64,000 nucleotides of DNA from an uncultured bacterium (GCA_965233125.1 CBDDRQ010000222.1:7806-71805); one strand, 5' to 3'; counted from the first letter of the stretch, positions 28,160 through 37,525 are shown. Numbers and translations are program-made. Notes: a model not told the origin generated them from the letters alone.

Positions 28160-28882
28160 CTAGGTTTTCCGAACCCTAGCGCAGTAACCGAGAGTCCAGT
28201 GAGATAGATATCCAAAGGCTCCCTTTAGACCTGTCCCCACGACCGGATTACGAGTAACTCGACGCCACGTAAAGGCGACATATGCACGGTGAAGAAACCC
28301 GAACATGAATCGAGAGACGACCAGTTTAATGGGCACAAATAGTCCGCCAACTAACGGCGCGCGACTGGCAGCCTCGAGGATTCCGAGTAAGAGAAACTCG
28401 AAAAGAACCAACATCACGGCCGTCGCCTCTCCGCGCCGGACTATGCACTCGATTCGCAAGGATGTCCGACTAAGTAGTTCGGCCATGCCAAATTCTGTAG
28501 CGCGAAAGTAGTCGTGCGGTACCTCGTGGATCATGAAGTTAAGGGGCCACGTCATAAGCAGCAGTCCCCTTGGCTTAAGCACGCGGGTAATCTCCGCAAG
28601 CACTCTTGCGGGATCAGAGATGTGTTCGATTACTTCTGTTAAGAGGACGATGTCGAAGGAATCGCTTGAAAAGGGAAGGTTCTTGGCATCGACCCTTACA
28701 TCTACCTCGGATCGCATCTCGTAATCTGCGGCGATGCACTTAGCGCATCGATCCTTGTAGATATACATATAGGGCTTCATCCCGCATCCAAGGTCTAGAA
28801 GGGCCGTGCCCGGTCCCTCCGGAAGGCGGGCGAGTTCACTAGTCAAAAACTTCTCAATAAATGCTTCGTTAAGAGTGGACAT
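28160..28882 (-). CDS. Class I SAM-dependent methyltransferase with C-terminal membrane anchor
   Basis: LLDLGCGMKP, FDIVLLTEVIEHISDP and LKPRGLLL, followed by two hydrophobic helices (VMLVLFEFLLLGILEAA, LVGGLFVPIKLVV). Confidence 0.7.
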   Translation of the reverse strand: MSTLNEAFIEKFLTSELARLPEGPGTALLDLGCGMKPYMYIYKDRCAKCIAADYEMRSEVDVRVDAKNLPFSSDSFDIVLLTEVIEHISDPARVLAEITRVLKPRGLLLMTWPLNFMIHEVPHDYFRATEFGMAELLSRTSLRIECIVRRGEATAVMLVLFEFLLLGILEAASRAPLVGGLFVPIKLVVSRFMFGFLHRAYVAFTWRRVTRNPVVGTGLKGAFGYLSHWTLGYCARVRKT

Positions 28883-28942
28883 GTGGCGTGGCGCTGGGGT
28901 ACCGGCAGCGGAAGCGACCTGCGAATGGCTTGCGAGGCCGGC

Positions 28943-30328
28943 CTAGTTCACCTGGACCGCTGGCGCACCGAGGTGGCTATGCCTAGGCTTCCGACCTTGG
29001 CGCGTCATAAAACGTCCGATGAGATAGTAAAAAGGGAGCAGCTTGATTAGTGCACCGAGATACAGCGCCGCGGTCCCTCCAATGTAGAGAATCGTGGGCA
29101 GAAGTATGGCGTACAGCAGTGTCCAAGTTTCCTTGTGGCTCGACCGTCTAATCTGACAATAGAGCAGTCCAAAAATGAAACCTAGGAGAGCCACAGGCAG
29201 AAGCCCGGCCCATCCAAAATTCAGATAGGCCTCGCCAAAGAAGGTGACAGAAATCGAGGTTAGCCAGTCACTGGACCAAACCATACCGGCCGCATGGCCG
29301 AAGTCGGTGCCGTAATGAAGATTGGGTTTGTCGGGCCAAATGAATCTAGGAATTAATCCAAGCAGCACCCCGCCGTAGCTAGTCCCTAGCATCACATCCC
29401 AATCGCCCTCCTTCAACAGTCTTACGCATGCACTGAGGGGCTCAAGCAGCGAAATCCTGCTCAACGCAACGTCCGAACCAGAGATATCGACTTTACTGCT
29501 ACCAGAAGCAATCTCCCCAGCGGCGACCGTCGCGGTATGGAGTAGCTCCTTGGTGTCGCCGCCGAGTTCGATCGCTACGCGATACTGATGAATAAGCGGG
29601 AATAGAAAAAACAGAAACGTTAGAAGTGAAACGGCGATCGGCACGGACGGCAATCGCTTGGCAACCAAATACCTGATCATGATGGGCAACAACAGAGCCA
29701 GGATGGTTTCGAGCTTTCGTCCTGAAGGTAACCAGTAAGCTAGTTCTCCTAAGACAACCAACAAAAGTGCCGAACCCCAGAATCGCGTCGTCGGGGCCCC
29801 CAAACGCCAGTAGCGAATTGAAAGGATGCAAGCCACGTGGAGAGGGAACTGCTCGAAAAGACGAATCGCAGCGTAGAACGGTCCTTCGAGTTCGCCTTGC
29901 ACGGTTCGTGCAATCTGGAAGTAAGCGTTGCTCTCAACTATGTGGATTCGCGCGATCCACCCAATCGCTAAAAGGACTAGGGATACAGAGCAGATCCGAA
30001 AGGAACTCCAGTACTTTGGGAGCCCGGGACGATTGCGAAAGGCTAACCGTGTAGTGGCGAACTGGGTACCAAGATGAACTGCGATTAGAGCCAACGTGGC
30101 GAAAAGTATGGCTTGGACTGCGTATGCTTCGTTGTCCCGATTAAGGAAGATGTGCGAGGCCAATCCCGAGCCGAGAAGAAGCCCGGGAACCGCAAAGTGA
30201 AGCAGCACAAGTCCCGCGTAAAGGGAAGCCGGTGATGCAAGATCCGCATGCAAAGATCTTCTATGCAGAAACGCGATGGCATATGTCGCCAGTACTGCCG
30301 ATGCTACGACCAGTAGGGCATCAGTCAT
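28943..30328 (-). CDS. Multi-pass membrane protein, putative polysaccharide polymerase (Wzy-like)
   Basis: 461 aa with >=10 TM helices and a large loop. Lowest GC in the cassette. Sits between wzx and the chain-length determinant. No motif-level proof. Confidence 0.5.
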   Translation of the reverse strand: MTDALLVVASAVLATYAIAFLHRRSLHADLASPASLYAGLVLLHFAVPGLLLGSGLASHIFLNRDNEAYAVQAILFATLALIAVHLGTQFATTRLAFRNRPGLPKYWSSFRICSVSLVLLAIGWIARIHIVESNAYFQIARTVQGELEGPFYAAIRLFEQFPLHVACILSIRYWRLGAPTTRFWGSALLLVVLGELAYWLPSGRKLETILALLLPIMIRYLVAKRLPSVPIAVSLLTFLFFLFPLIHQYRVAIELGGDTKELLHTATVAAGEIASGSSKVDISGSDVALSRISLLEPLSACVRLLKEGDWDVMLGTSYGGVLLGLIPRFIWPDKPNLHYGTDFGHAAGMVWSSDWLTSISVTFFGEAYLNFGWAGLLPVALLGFIFGLLYCQIRRSSHKETWTLLYAILLPTILYIGGTAALYLGALIKLLPFYYLIGRFMTRQGRKPRHSHLGAPAVQVN

Positions 30329-30396
30329 TCCCCTGCCCCAATTGAAGTAGTCTCAAAAGACGGTGACGCTGAAGGAGCGAGATGAATTGCAACTTC

Positions 30397-31611
30397 TTAT
30401 GGCGCGCGAAGATGCTTCTGTAAGGATGAAAGTCTTGAATTCTGGATAGGATCTGATTTCGCTCTCTCCAGAAACTCCCTGAAGAATGCCCATAGAATCG
30501 CCAAGAAGATTCCGGCAAGTGTCGCCACTACTATGGTTAGCGCCCGCTTCGGCTTGCTCTTATGGTCCGGAGGGACGGCGAGATCCACCACTTGAACGAT
30601 CAGAGACTCTCTTGCTTCATCGATTTTGGCAGCTTCGAATTGCTTCGCAAGAACCTCGAACATCGACTCTGCATACTTCACGTCTCTATAGCTCCGAAGA
30701 TACTCCAGACCGGCTTCTGGAACCCTGCCTGTTGGCAACAAGACATCGCCGCCTCCGGCAATCTGCGCACGCTCGAGTTTCGTTAACTCCTTTCGAAGGC
30801 CGCTGAGCTGCTCCCGCGCTCGGACATATTCGATGTTCTTCTCGGTGGCGAACGTTCGCATAGCCTGTAGCTCCACCTCTTTGGCGGATATCTGTGCTCT
30901 AAGAGTTGCCACGGCCTCGATGATCGCTTTCCCTTGTTCGTCCAACTTGATGAGGCCGGTCTTCTCCTGTGTCGTCTTCAACGCGACTTCGGATCGACGC
31001 AACTCTTCTTTGGCCTGCTGGAGTTGACGTTCAAAAAAGAGGCGCCGCTGACCAGCTTCTGTGACGGCGAGCGTTTGCGTCAGCTTGTCCAAATTTTCTA
31101 CATATGCGTTCGCCACAGCCGCCGCTCGCTTAGGATCTTCATCATCAAATGCAATGACTATTAGGCCGTCGCGGTTTGCTGCCACATTGCTATTGTCGGC
31201 GAACTCTTTGCGTGTTTCTTCCATCGTATCCTTGTCATAGAGCTTTCGAAGTTCGAAGCGCTCGATGATGTTGTCCGCTACCGTGCGACTCTTAAGCATA
31301 CCTACATAGAGATCCGTTGAGTCTTTGATGCCGAGAGCGCTTCCGGCCAACCCGGACAAACCGCTCAACTGGCCGAGCAACATCGCGGCTGAGGTCTGGC
31401 TTTTCTGCGGAGGTAAGACCCGAGCGACGCCGGTATAGATATTGGGCAGCAAAAGCACGACTATTGCTGATAGCACTGCAGCGGCAACTGTTAGGGCGAT
31501 GATCATCACTTTGTGTTTCGCCAAGATGATCAATACATCGATAAAACCACCTTCGTCATCGTCCTTCTCGGGGGAGCCTGGTTCCTGCACATCTTTGCCA
31601 GAACGATCCAT
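30397..31611 (-). CDS. Polysaccharide co-polymerase (Wzz/KpsE-like chain-length determinant, no kinase domain)
   Basis: N-terminal Wzz motif (IDVLIILAKHKVMIIALTV...PNIYTGVARVLPP), a long coiled-coil, and a C-terminal TM helix. Confidence 0.7.
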   Translation of the reverse strand: MDRSGKDVQEPGSPEKDDDEGGFIDVLIILAKHKVMIIALTVAAAVLSAIVVLLLPNIYTGVARVLPPQKSQTSAAMLLGQLSGLSGLAGSALGIKDSTDLYVGMLKSRTVADNIIERFELRKLYDKDTMEETRKEFADNSNVAANRDGLIVIAFDDEDPKRAAAVANAYVENLDKLTQTLAVTEAGQRRLFFERQLQQAKEELRRSEVALKTTQEKTGLIKLDEQGKAIIEAVATLRAQISAKEVELQAMRTFATEKNIEYVRAREQLSGLRKELTKLERAQIAGGGDVLLPTGRVPEAGLEYLRSYRDVKYAESMFEVLAKQFEAAKIDEARESLIVQVVDLAVPPDHKSKPKRALTIVVATLAGIFLAILWAFFREFLERAKSDPIQNSRLSSLQKHLRAP

Positions 31612-31618
31612 TTCAGCC

Positions 31619-33877
31619 TCAGTCCTTGATAACCTTTAACGCGGCCGCTCCCAAGCCAAACTGATAGAAAATCTGCGTCCAATCCCTTAGGTCCTTCGTC
31701 CATGTCGTGCGCTCGAAATCCTCTGGCACCACGATGGCATCACCCGGCATGAGGCGCACGCCAGAGACCGATGCGGTAAGAAAGCCGGACTGCCGGGCGC
31801 TCACGACCGAACCATCGGCGCGCAGCACGTACATGCTCGACTTGTCCGCCTGCTTCCGCGGACCGCCGGCGAGGCTGAGGTAGTCGCCGACGTTCTTGTC
31901 CGGGCTGTAGAGGAACGACGATTCGTTGAAGACGGTGCCGAAGACGCTGACCTGCGAAGGCTCCTGGGGGACGTAGAGGCGGTCGCCGTCTTCGAGGGCG
32001 ATGTCGGGGAGGTCGGCGACCTTCGGGTTCTCGGGCATCTGGAGGACGATGCGGCCGGTGGGTTGCAGGGTGCGAAGGCGGGTGACGAGTGAGCGCTGGG
32101 CTTCGGCTTCCTGCTTGAGGGCGCTGGCGTCTTCTGGTGAGACGACGCTCTGAGCGCGGGTGACGGCGGCGCGGGAGACGTCTTGCTCGAGCTGATCGAC
32201 GGCTTTGCGGAGGCGCTCTTCCTGCTCGCGGCGGGTGGATTCGCGGTTGAACTCGGCGCCGAAGAGGTAGGCGCGGGGGGTCACGCCGCCGACGCGGGCG
32301 ACGAGCTGGCGGAGGGTTTCCTTGGGCTGGGCCTGGTACACGCCGGCGAAGTTGAACTCGCCCTCGAGGCGCACGACCACGGGGCGGCGGGCGGCGGGGG
32401 CGGCGATGTCGCGCTTGGAGAAGACGGTGACGATGTCGCCGGACTCGAGGGCGAGGTTGGCGGCGGCGTCGTTCTCGAGGACGGCTCTTCCGAGGTTGAA
32501 GGGGATGAGGGTGGTGGTGAGGTCCTGCTGGTTCTGGCGCTCGATGACAGCGTAGTCCCAGTTGATCTCGTCGGCGAGCTGGCGCACGTTGGTGGAGAGC
32601 TGGCCGGGGGAGCTTACGTCGGTGCGCACGGCGAGGTTCTTGCGCCGGTAGTAGTCGGGAGTGACGAGCGCGTCCTTGTCGGGGATCAGGTCGAGGATGC
32701 GCATGCCGGGGCGGTGCGGGTAGCGGAGCGGCGTGGCGACGTTGCCGCGCAGGGTCACGGCGTTCTCGAACTTCGGCTGGATGGCGAGCACGGAGACGAG
32801 GTCGCCGTCCTTCATCGCGCGCTGCGCGGCGTTGAAGTCGAGGTCGACCTGCTCGACGACGCGCGTCCGGCGCTCGTCGATGCGCTCGATGGTGGCCTGG
32901 CTCGACTGGGCGGTGGTCGACATGCCGCCGGCGTAGCCGACCAGGGTGCCGAGGCTGGTCGCGCCCTTCAGCTCGAAGATCGCCGGCTGGTTGACGCTGC
33001 CCGAGACCGCGGCGAGCGGGCCGATCGGAGGGAAGACGATGACGTCGCCCGGGAGGAGCGGCGCGTCCTTGCTCTTGTCGCCCGAGAGGAGGAGGTCGTA
33101 CATGTCCATCTCGGTGACGGTGCGGGTGCCGCGCTTGAGTTGAACGGCGCGCATCGAGCCGGCGGGCGAGGGACCGCCGGCGGCGAAGATGGCGTTCACC
33201 AGCGTGCTTAGCGAGCTCACGGTGTAGCTGCCCGGGCGCTTCGCGTAGCCGACCACGAACACCTGCACCGCGCGGAGCTGGCCGAGGGTGACGAGGATGT
33301 CGAAGTTGCGGAAGTTGCGGGCGACGGCGCTGCGCACGTAGCTGGTGAGGTCGTCGTACTTGATGCCGGCGACGTTGATGCTGCCAACGCGCGGGATGTT
33401 GATGGTGCCGTTCCTGTCGACCACGGCGCGGTAGTCGACGTCGATCTGGCCCCAGGCGCGCACCAGCAGCTCGTCGCCCGGCCCGATCACGTAGTCGGCG
33501 GGGACGGGGATGTTCTCGACCGGCGCGAAGGTGCTCGGCGCATCGTCGAACAGGTTCGTGCCGAAGATCGGCAGGCGCTGGCCGGTGGAGGCCTCGATGA
33601 AGCGCTGGAATTCATTGGTCGGCGCAGCCTGGCGCGGCGCGCGCTGCTCGCCTTCGTGCGTGATCGGAGCGGCAGCGGGCTTCGCGACCGCGGGCGGAAC
33701 GAACGGCGGCGGCGCGTTGGTGATGGTGGGGGTGCTCACCGGCGCCGCCTGCACCGGCGGGATCTGCGTCTGCCCGGGCGCCTGCGGCGGCTCGCCGGGG
33801 CGAAGGAACTGCGCGTGAGCGGCGGCGGCGATGCCGGCGCCCATCAGTACAGCGATGATTCTTGTTGAGAACTTCAC
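31619..33877 (-). CDS. Outer-membrane polysaccharide export protein (Wza/KpsD-type OPX, multiple SLBB domains)
   Basis: Signal peptide. Poly_export motif (IGPGDELLVRAWGQ...DRNGTINIPRVGSINVAGI). Repeated SLBB-like LxxGDxIxVP units. Confidence 0.8.
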   Translation of the reverse strand: MKFSTRIIAVLMGAGIAAAAHAQFLRPGEPPQAPGQTQIPPVQAAPVSTPTITNAPPPFVPPAVAKPAAAPITHEGEQRAPRQAAPTNEFQRFIEASTGQRLPIFGTNLFDDAPSTFAPVENIPVPADYVIGPGDELLVRAWGQIDVDYRAVVDRNGTINIPRVGSINVAGIKYDDLTSYVRSAVARNFRNFDILVTLGQLRAVQVFVVGYAKRPGSYTVSSLSTLVNAIFAAGGPSPAGSMRAVQLKRGTRTVTEMDMYDLLLSGDKSKDAPLLPGDVIVFPPIGPLAAVSGSVNQPAIFELKGATSLGTLVGYAGGMSTTAQSSQATIERIDERRTRVVEQVDLDFNAAQRAMKDGDLVSVLAIQPKFENAVTLRGNVATPLRYPHRPGMRILDLIPDKDALVTPDYYRRKNLAVRTDVSSPGQLSTNVRQLADEINWDYAVIERQNQQDLTTTLIPFNLGRAVLENDAAANLALESGDIVTVFSKRDIAAPAARRPVVVRLEGEFNFAGVYQAQPKETLRQLVARVGGVTPRAYLFGAEFNRESTRREQEERLRKAVDQLEQDVSRAAVTRAQSVVSPEDASALKQEAEAQRSLVTRLRTLQPTGRIVLQMPENPKVADLPDIALEDGDRLYVPQEPSQVSVFGTVFNESSFLYSPDKNVGDYLSLAGGPRKQADKSSMYVLRADGSVVSARQSGFLTASVSGVRLMPGDAIVVPEDFERTTWTKDLRDWTQIFYQFGLGAAALKVIKD

Positions 33878-34016
33878 TGATCCCCCCCCGGCGACCGCGA
33901 CTTCGTCTATGGCCGTCCTGCCTGGCTAACGAAGCCTTTTTGTGCGTTGTATCGAGGGCGGCGACTCGCGGCACATTCTAGCTTGAGAATCATCGACTTG
34001 TTAAGCGAAGCGGGTG

Positions 34017-34301
34017 TCAGGAAGCGTTCGGGCGCAGCAGGCCGGCCAGGCTGAGGGAGAACCGTGCATCCGCCCGCCAGGCCACCTCGCTGCCTACTTG
34101 AGCCACCAGCAGCCGGTCGTTGCCGCCGAGGTGGGCCTTGAGCGCGTCGCGAAGCTCGGCGGCGCTCTTGTCGGTCACGACCAGCCAGACCGCCTCCAGG
34201 CACTGGCGCACCTGGCTGCCGGCGCGCTCGATGGCTTCCACGAGGCCGATGTAGTCGTCGCCCGGGCGGTTGAGCTCGCAGGCGACCATGTAGCAGGTCA
34301 T
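34017..34301 (-). CDS. Small hypothetical protein (94 aa), possible ferredoxin-like fold
   Basis: Strong RBS gagggagggg. MTCYMVACELNRPGDDYIGLVEAIERAG..CLEAVWLVVTDKSAAELRDAL. The 546-aa ORF in the track is a GC-driven extension. Confidence 0.55.
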   Translation of the reverse strand: MTCYMVACELNRPGDDYIGLVEAIERAGSQVRQCLEAVWLVVTDKSAAELRDALKAHLGGNDRLLVAQVGSEVAWRADARFSLSLAGLLRPNAS

Positions 34302-34478
34302 TTCCCCTCCCTCGGGGCCCGGATTTCTGGTCCCCGAGTATAGGAACGCCGGCGGCGCGCGCGGCTCCCATGCGGCGGCGCTCGCCTGCCGGTCGTCGGA
34401 AACTCGTCGTGCGTTTTTGACAACCGCGGAAGGCGCGCTTATCGTGCGCGCACAATAAGTCGGAAGAACGGAGTCGAG

Positions 34479-35381
34479 ATGGCGAGCGCGCAAGCCGGCC
34501 TGGCACGGGACGAAGAGCTCTCGGCGGGCCGCGATACCGCGGTGCTTTTCGCCGGCATCGCGAGCCGCGACCCCGCGGGGGGCATCGCGAGCGCTCCGGC
34601 AGTGCAGGAGGCCGTCGGCCGCGTGGTGGAGGTGCTCGAGCAGGCCACGCAGCTCAGCAACGGCCGCGTCCTCAGCCGCCGCGAGCTGGAGGTCATGGCG
34701 CTCTTCCCGTCGCCCGAGGCCGCCGCGCAGGCGGCCCTGCGCATGCGCAAGTATGCGCAGGCGCTGCCGCCGCTGCCCGAAAGCCTCGGCATGCGCATCG
34801 CTTTCCACTGGGGGCCGGTCCGCCAGCGCGGCGAAGAGGTTTTCGGCGACAGCGTCAACCTCGCCCTGGAGCTCGTCGATGCGGCGACGCAGGGGCAGAT
34901 CCTCGTCTCGGAGCAAGCCGCTTCGGCGCTCGGCCCGGCGCTGCAGCAGGAGGTGCGGCCGCTGCAGCAGGTGGCGACGAAGGCGGGCGGGCGCATCCTC
35001 CTCGGGGAGCTCGTGCCGGGCTGCGACGTGCGGGTCTTTTCGCCGGGCCGGCCCAGGGTGGCGCTGCATCTCGCCTACCGGAAGAAAAGCGTTGCCCGGC
35101 GCAGGCGGGCCGACACGGCGACCGTCGGCAGGGGCGAGGAGTGCGACCTCGCCGTCGAGGACCGCGGCGCGTCCAGGAAGCATTGCACCTTCTCGCTGGA
35201 GAGCGCCGCCTGCATGCTGCGCGACCACAGCGCCAATGGCACGTTCGTGACCGTCGAGGGGCAAAAGGAAGCGGCGCTGCGCGGCGAGCAGATCGCGCTC
35301 GCCGGCCGCGGCAGGATCTCCTTCGGCCGCTCCGCCGCCACCACGGACGAATTCGTGCAGTACTCGTTCGACACACTTTGA
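34479..35381 (+). CDS. Class III nucleotidyl-cyclase-like domain (catalytic residues lost) fused to an FHA domain
   Basis: Aligns along its whole length with 42911-43825. It has VLFAGIASRD in place of VLFADVSGST and RELEVMALF in place of TIGDEVMALF. FHA: VGRGEECDLAV...ASRKHC...DHSANGTFV. Confidence 0.75.
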   Translation: MASAQAGLARDEELSAGRDTAVLFAGIASRDPAGGIASAPAVQEAVGRVVEVLEQATQLSNGRVLSRRELEVMALFPSPEAAAQAALRMRKYAQALPPLPESLGMRIAFHWGPVRQRGEEVFGDSVNLALELVDAATQGQILVSEQAASALGPALQQEVRPLQQVATKAGGRILLGELVPGCDVRVFSPGRPRVALHLAYRKKSVARRRRADTATVGRGEECDLAVEDRGASRKHCTFSLESAACMLRDHSANGTFVTVEGQKEAALRGEQIALAGRGRISFGRSAATTDEFVQYSFDTL

Positions 35382-35441
35382 CACGCGCGCCCCGGACCCT
35401 ATGGTTGAATGCAGCGAATTCAAGCCACCCAGGGGAGTCGG

Positions 35442-36281
35442 ATGGCAGGCCGCGAGACCACCGTGCTGGTCACTGGAGTCGTCGCTGACGGCGAGGCCGG
35501 CGCCGAGGGTGTGGAGGATTACGTGGCGCGGCTGGCGCAAACGCTGGCCCACGCCGCGCTCGTCAGCGGTGGGCGTGTCGCGGGCCGGCGGGAGCGCGAC
35601 GTGACGGCGCTCTTTCCCACGCCCGACGCCGCCGCGAGCGCTGCTCTGCGCATGCACGCGTACGCGCTCGCGCTACCTCCCATGGCCGCGAGGCTTGGCC
35701 TGCGCATGGCCGTGCATGGCGGGCCAGTTGGGCGCGGCGACGAGATCTCCGGCCGCACCATCGATCTCGCTCTGGAGCTGCTCGACGCGGCCGGCGCGGG
35801 CGAGGCGCTGATTTCGGGGCATGCCGCCGCAGGGCTCAGCCCGGGTCTGGGGCACTTCGTCGGGCCCCTCGGCTCGGGCCCGGAGGGCGCCAGCCGGCTG
35901 CTGCTCGGCGAGCTCGTCTTCCGCAACGAGGCGAAGCTCTACGCGCAACGGGCGCAGCGCACGCGCCTTCGCCTTGACTATCGATCGAAGAGCATCGTGC
36001 GAGGCCGGGAAGGGGATGCGGCGACCATCGGCAGCGACGCGGCGTGCGACCTCGCCGTGGAGGGGCAGGGCGCGGCGCGCCAGCATTGCACCATCCTGCG
36101 GCGCCAGGGCGCCTACCTGCTGCGCGATCACAGCGCCAGGGGCACTTTCGTGACGGCGGAGGGCGGCGCGGAGCTCGCCGTGCGCGGCGCGGAAATCGTG
36201 CTGACGGGGCGGGGAGTCATCTCCTTCGACCAGGCGGGCGCCGAGAGTAACGGGGTAGTGCGCTATAGCTGCGAACGCTGA
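35442..36281 (+). CDS. Second cyclase-like (degenerate) / FHA-like protein, tandem paralogue
   Basis: VLVTGVVADG, RERDVTALF and IDLALELLD replace the catalytic motifs. The FHA signature is also eroded (IGSD, AARQHC, SARGTFV). Start at ATG 35442 with RBS aggggag. Confidence 0.7.
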   Translation: MAGRETTVLVTGVVADGEAGAEGVEDYVARLAQTLAHAALVSGGRVAGRRERDVTALFPTPDAAASAALRMHAYALALPPMAARLGLRMAVHGGPVGRGDEISGRTIDLALELLDAAGAGEALISGHAAAGLSPGLGHFVGPLGSGPEGASRLLLGELVFRNEAKLYAQRAQRTRLRLDYRSKSIVRGREGDAATIGSDAACDLAVEGQGAARQHCTILRRQGAYLLRDHSARGTFVTAEGGAELAVRGAEIVLTGRGVISFDQAGAESNGVVRYSCER

Positions 36282-36434
36282 TCACGCAACGGCGCGCGCC
36301 ACGCCGCAGTGCGACAGCGCGATAAGTTGCCGCCCTGATCCATCCGCAGTTCCGCAGCCAGTCGGCCACAAGTGAGAATTTCTGCATACCGTGCGGGACC
36401 GCGTGCCGCCACGATGCGCACTGTGGCCCCCACC

Positions 36435-36662
36435 ATGCAGAGCAGGGTCCTGGAGTGCGCCGCCGAGATCGCCGGCGGCATTCCGCAGCTCTGCGAACGG
36501 CTCGAGGTCTCCGAGCCGGAGCTGCAGCGCTGGCTCGGCAACGAGGAGGTCTGCCCGCTGCCGCAATTCCTCAAGGCAGTGGATATCGTCCTGGAGAGCG
36601 AGCGCGGCTTCGCCGCCATATTCTCCGGCAAGCCCCCCGAAGGCAACGACCCGCCGCGCTAG
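36435..36662 (+). CDS. Small hypothetical protein (75 aa), HTH-like
   Basis: MQSRVLECAAEIAGGIPQLCERLEVSEPELQRWLGNEE... A decayed paralogue lies at 62500-62741. Confidence 0.5.
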   Translation: MQSRVLECAAEIAGGIPQLCERLEVSEPELQRWLGNEEVCPLPQFLKAVDIVLESERGFAAIFSGKPPEGNDPPR

Positions 36663-36734
36663 CCGCGGGCATTGCAATTCTTGACGCGCAGCGGCGCGAT
36701 TCCGGGCTATATACCGGCCCGGGAGGAAGAAGCC

Positions 36735-37115
36735 ATGGGGCATGCAGATCTCGCGGATGCGTGGCGCCACCTGAAGCGCCTCGAGAGCCTTTTCGCGAAC
36801 AACCCGGGCGGCCGCCAGCAGACGGCCGTGCTCGCGGCGGTGCGAAGACGATGTGCCGCGTTAGCCGGCGCGGTCCGCGACGTCGTCGTGCACGATCGCC
36901 TCGCCGAGCTCGAGATGTTCGCGGCCGACCTTTTCTCCGCGAGCGCGCACCACAAGTGGTCCCGGCAGGAGGTCACCGGCGCCGAATGGCTGCGCTTCCA
37001 GATCTACCGGACGTTCAATTCCCTCGACACGCGGCTGCGCATGCTCCGCCAGGTCCGGGAGGCGACGCCCACCCCGAGCGCCGTCGCCGCGCACGAAGCC
37101 GCCCCTGAGCCCTGA
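36735..37115 (+). CDS. Hypothetical protein (126 aa, helical)
   Basis: RBS gggaggaaga 5 nt upstream of the ATG. GC3-rich codons. No family recognised. Confidence 0.5.
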   Translation: MGHADLADAWRHLKRLESLFANNPGGRQQTAVLAAVRRRCAALAGAVRDVVVHDRLAELEMFAADLFSASAHHKWSRQEVTGAEWLRFQIYRTFNSLDTRLRMLRQVREATPTPSAVAAHEAAPEP

Positions 37116-37162
37116 CCCGCGCAGGCGGGTTATCATTCGCGTTTTTTCACAAGGGCCTGACC

Positions 37163-37525
37163 GTGCGGGAACGTCTTGAAACCACACTCACAGCAGAGTG
37201 GGGCAGCCCGGCAGCGCGGGCGCAGGACCAGGGCCCCCTTCTCGTCGACGAGCGCGATCTGTTGCGCTGGCTGAGCGCGCAGTTCCAGACCTACCCGCAA
37301 TGCGCCACGGTCAGGGTCGAGGAGATCTTCCGCCTCGACGCGCCGGACTCGCACGGCTGCAACTGGTCGCGGACGCTTTTTCTGGATTCGGGAGGCGCCT
37401 CGCCCACCGACTATGCGCCGGCCTACGCAGCGATAGTGGAGATCGCCCGAAAGGCGTTCAACTTGCGGCCCATCGACGATTCAGGGGCCGTTCCCGCGCA
37501 GGAAGTCCGCCCAGCCGAGCGCTGA
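37163..37525 (+). CDS. Hypothetical protein (120 aa)
   Basis: GTG start with coding-type GC3 bias. No family recognised. Confidence 0.4.
   Translation: MRERLETTLTAEWGSPAARAQDQGPLLVDERDLLRWLSAQFQTYPQCATVRVEEIFRLDAPDSHGCNWSRTLFLDSGGASPTDYAPAYAAIVEIARKAFNLRPIDDSGAVPAQEVRPAER

Larger units (their letters stand above)
17911..31800. other. Low-GC replacement cassette inside the polysaccharide locus
   Basis: Sampled lines are roughly 42-55% GC, against ~65-72% in both flanks. The left edge coincides with the 17911-17914 gene overlap; the right edge lies inside the 3' ~180 nt of the Wza-like gene. Confidence 0.8.

Noticed and set aside
17911-31800. The low-GC block might be a prophage, integrative element or IS-bounded island.
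   Set aside because: No integrase, transposase, phage structural gene, tRNA attachment site or flanking direct repeat is visible. Every gene is a glycan-biosynthesis function in one operon orientation, so it fits cassette exchange by homologous recombination.
34017-35657. 546-aa minus-strand ORF spanning the region of the first pseudo-cyclase gene.
   Set aside because: It is antisense to a well-supported + strand gene and has Arg/Ala/Gly/Pro-rich composition typical of off-frame ORFs in high-GC DNA. Only its last 94 codons, which have a strong RBS, look genuine.
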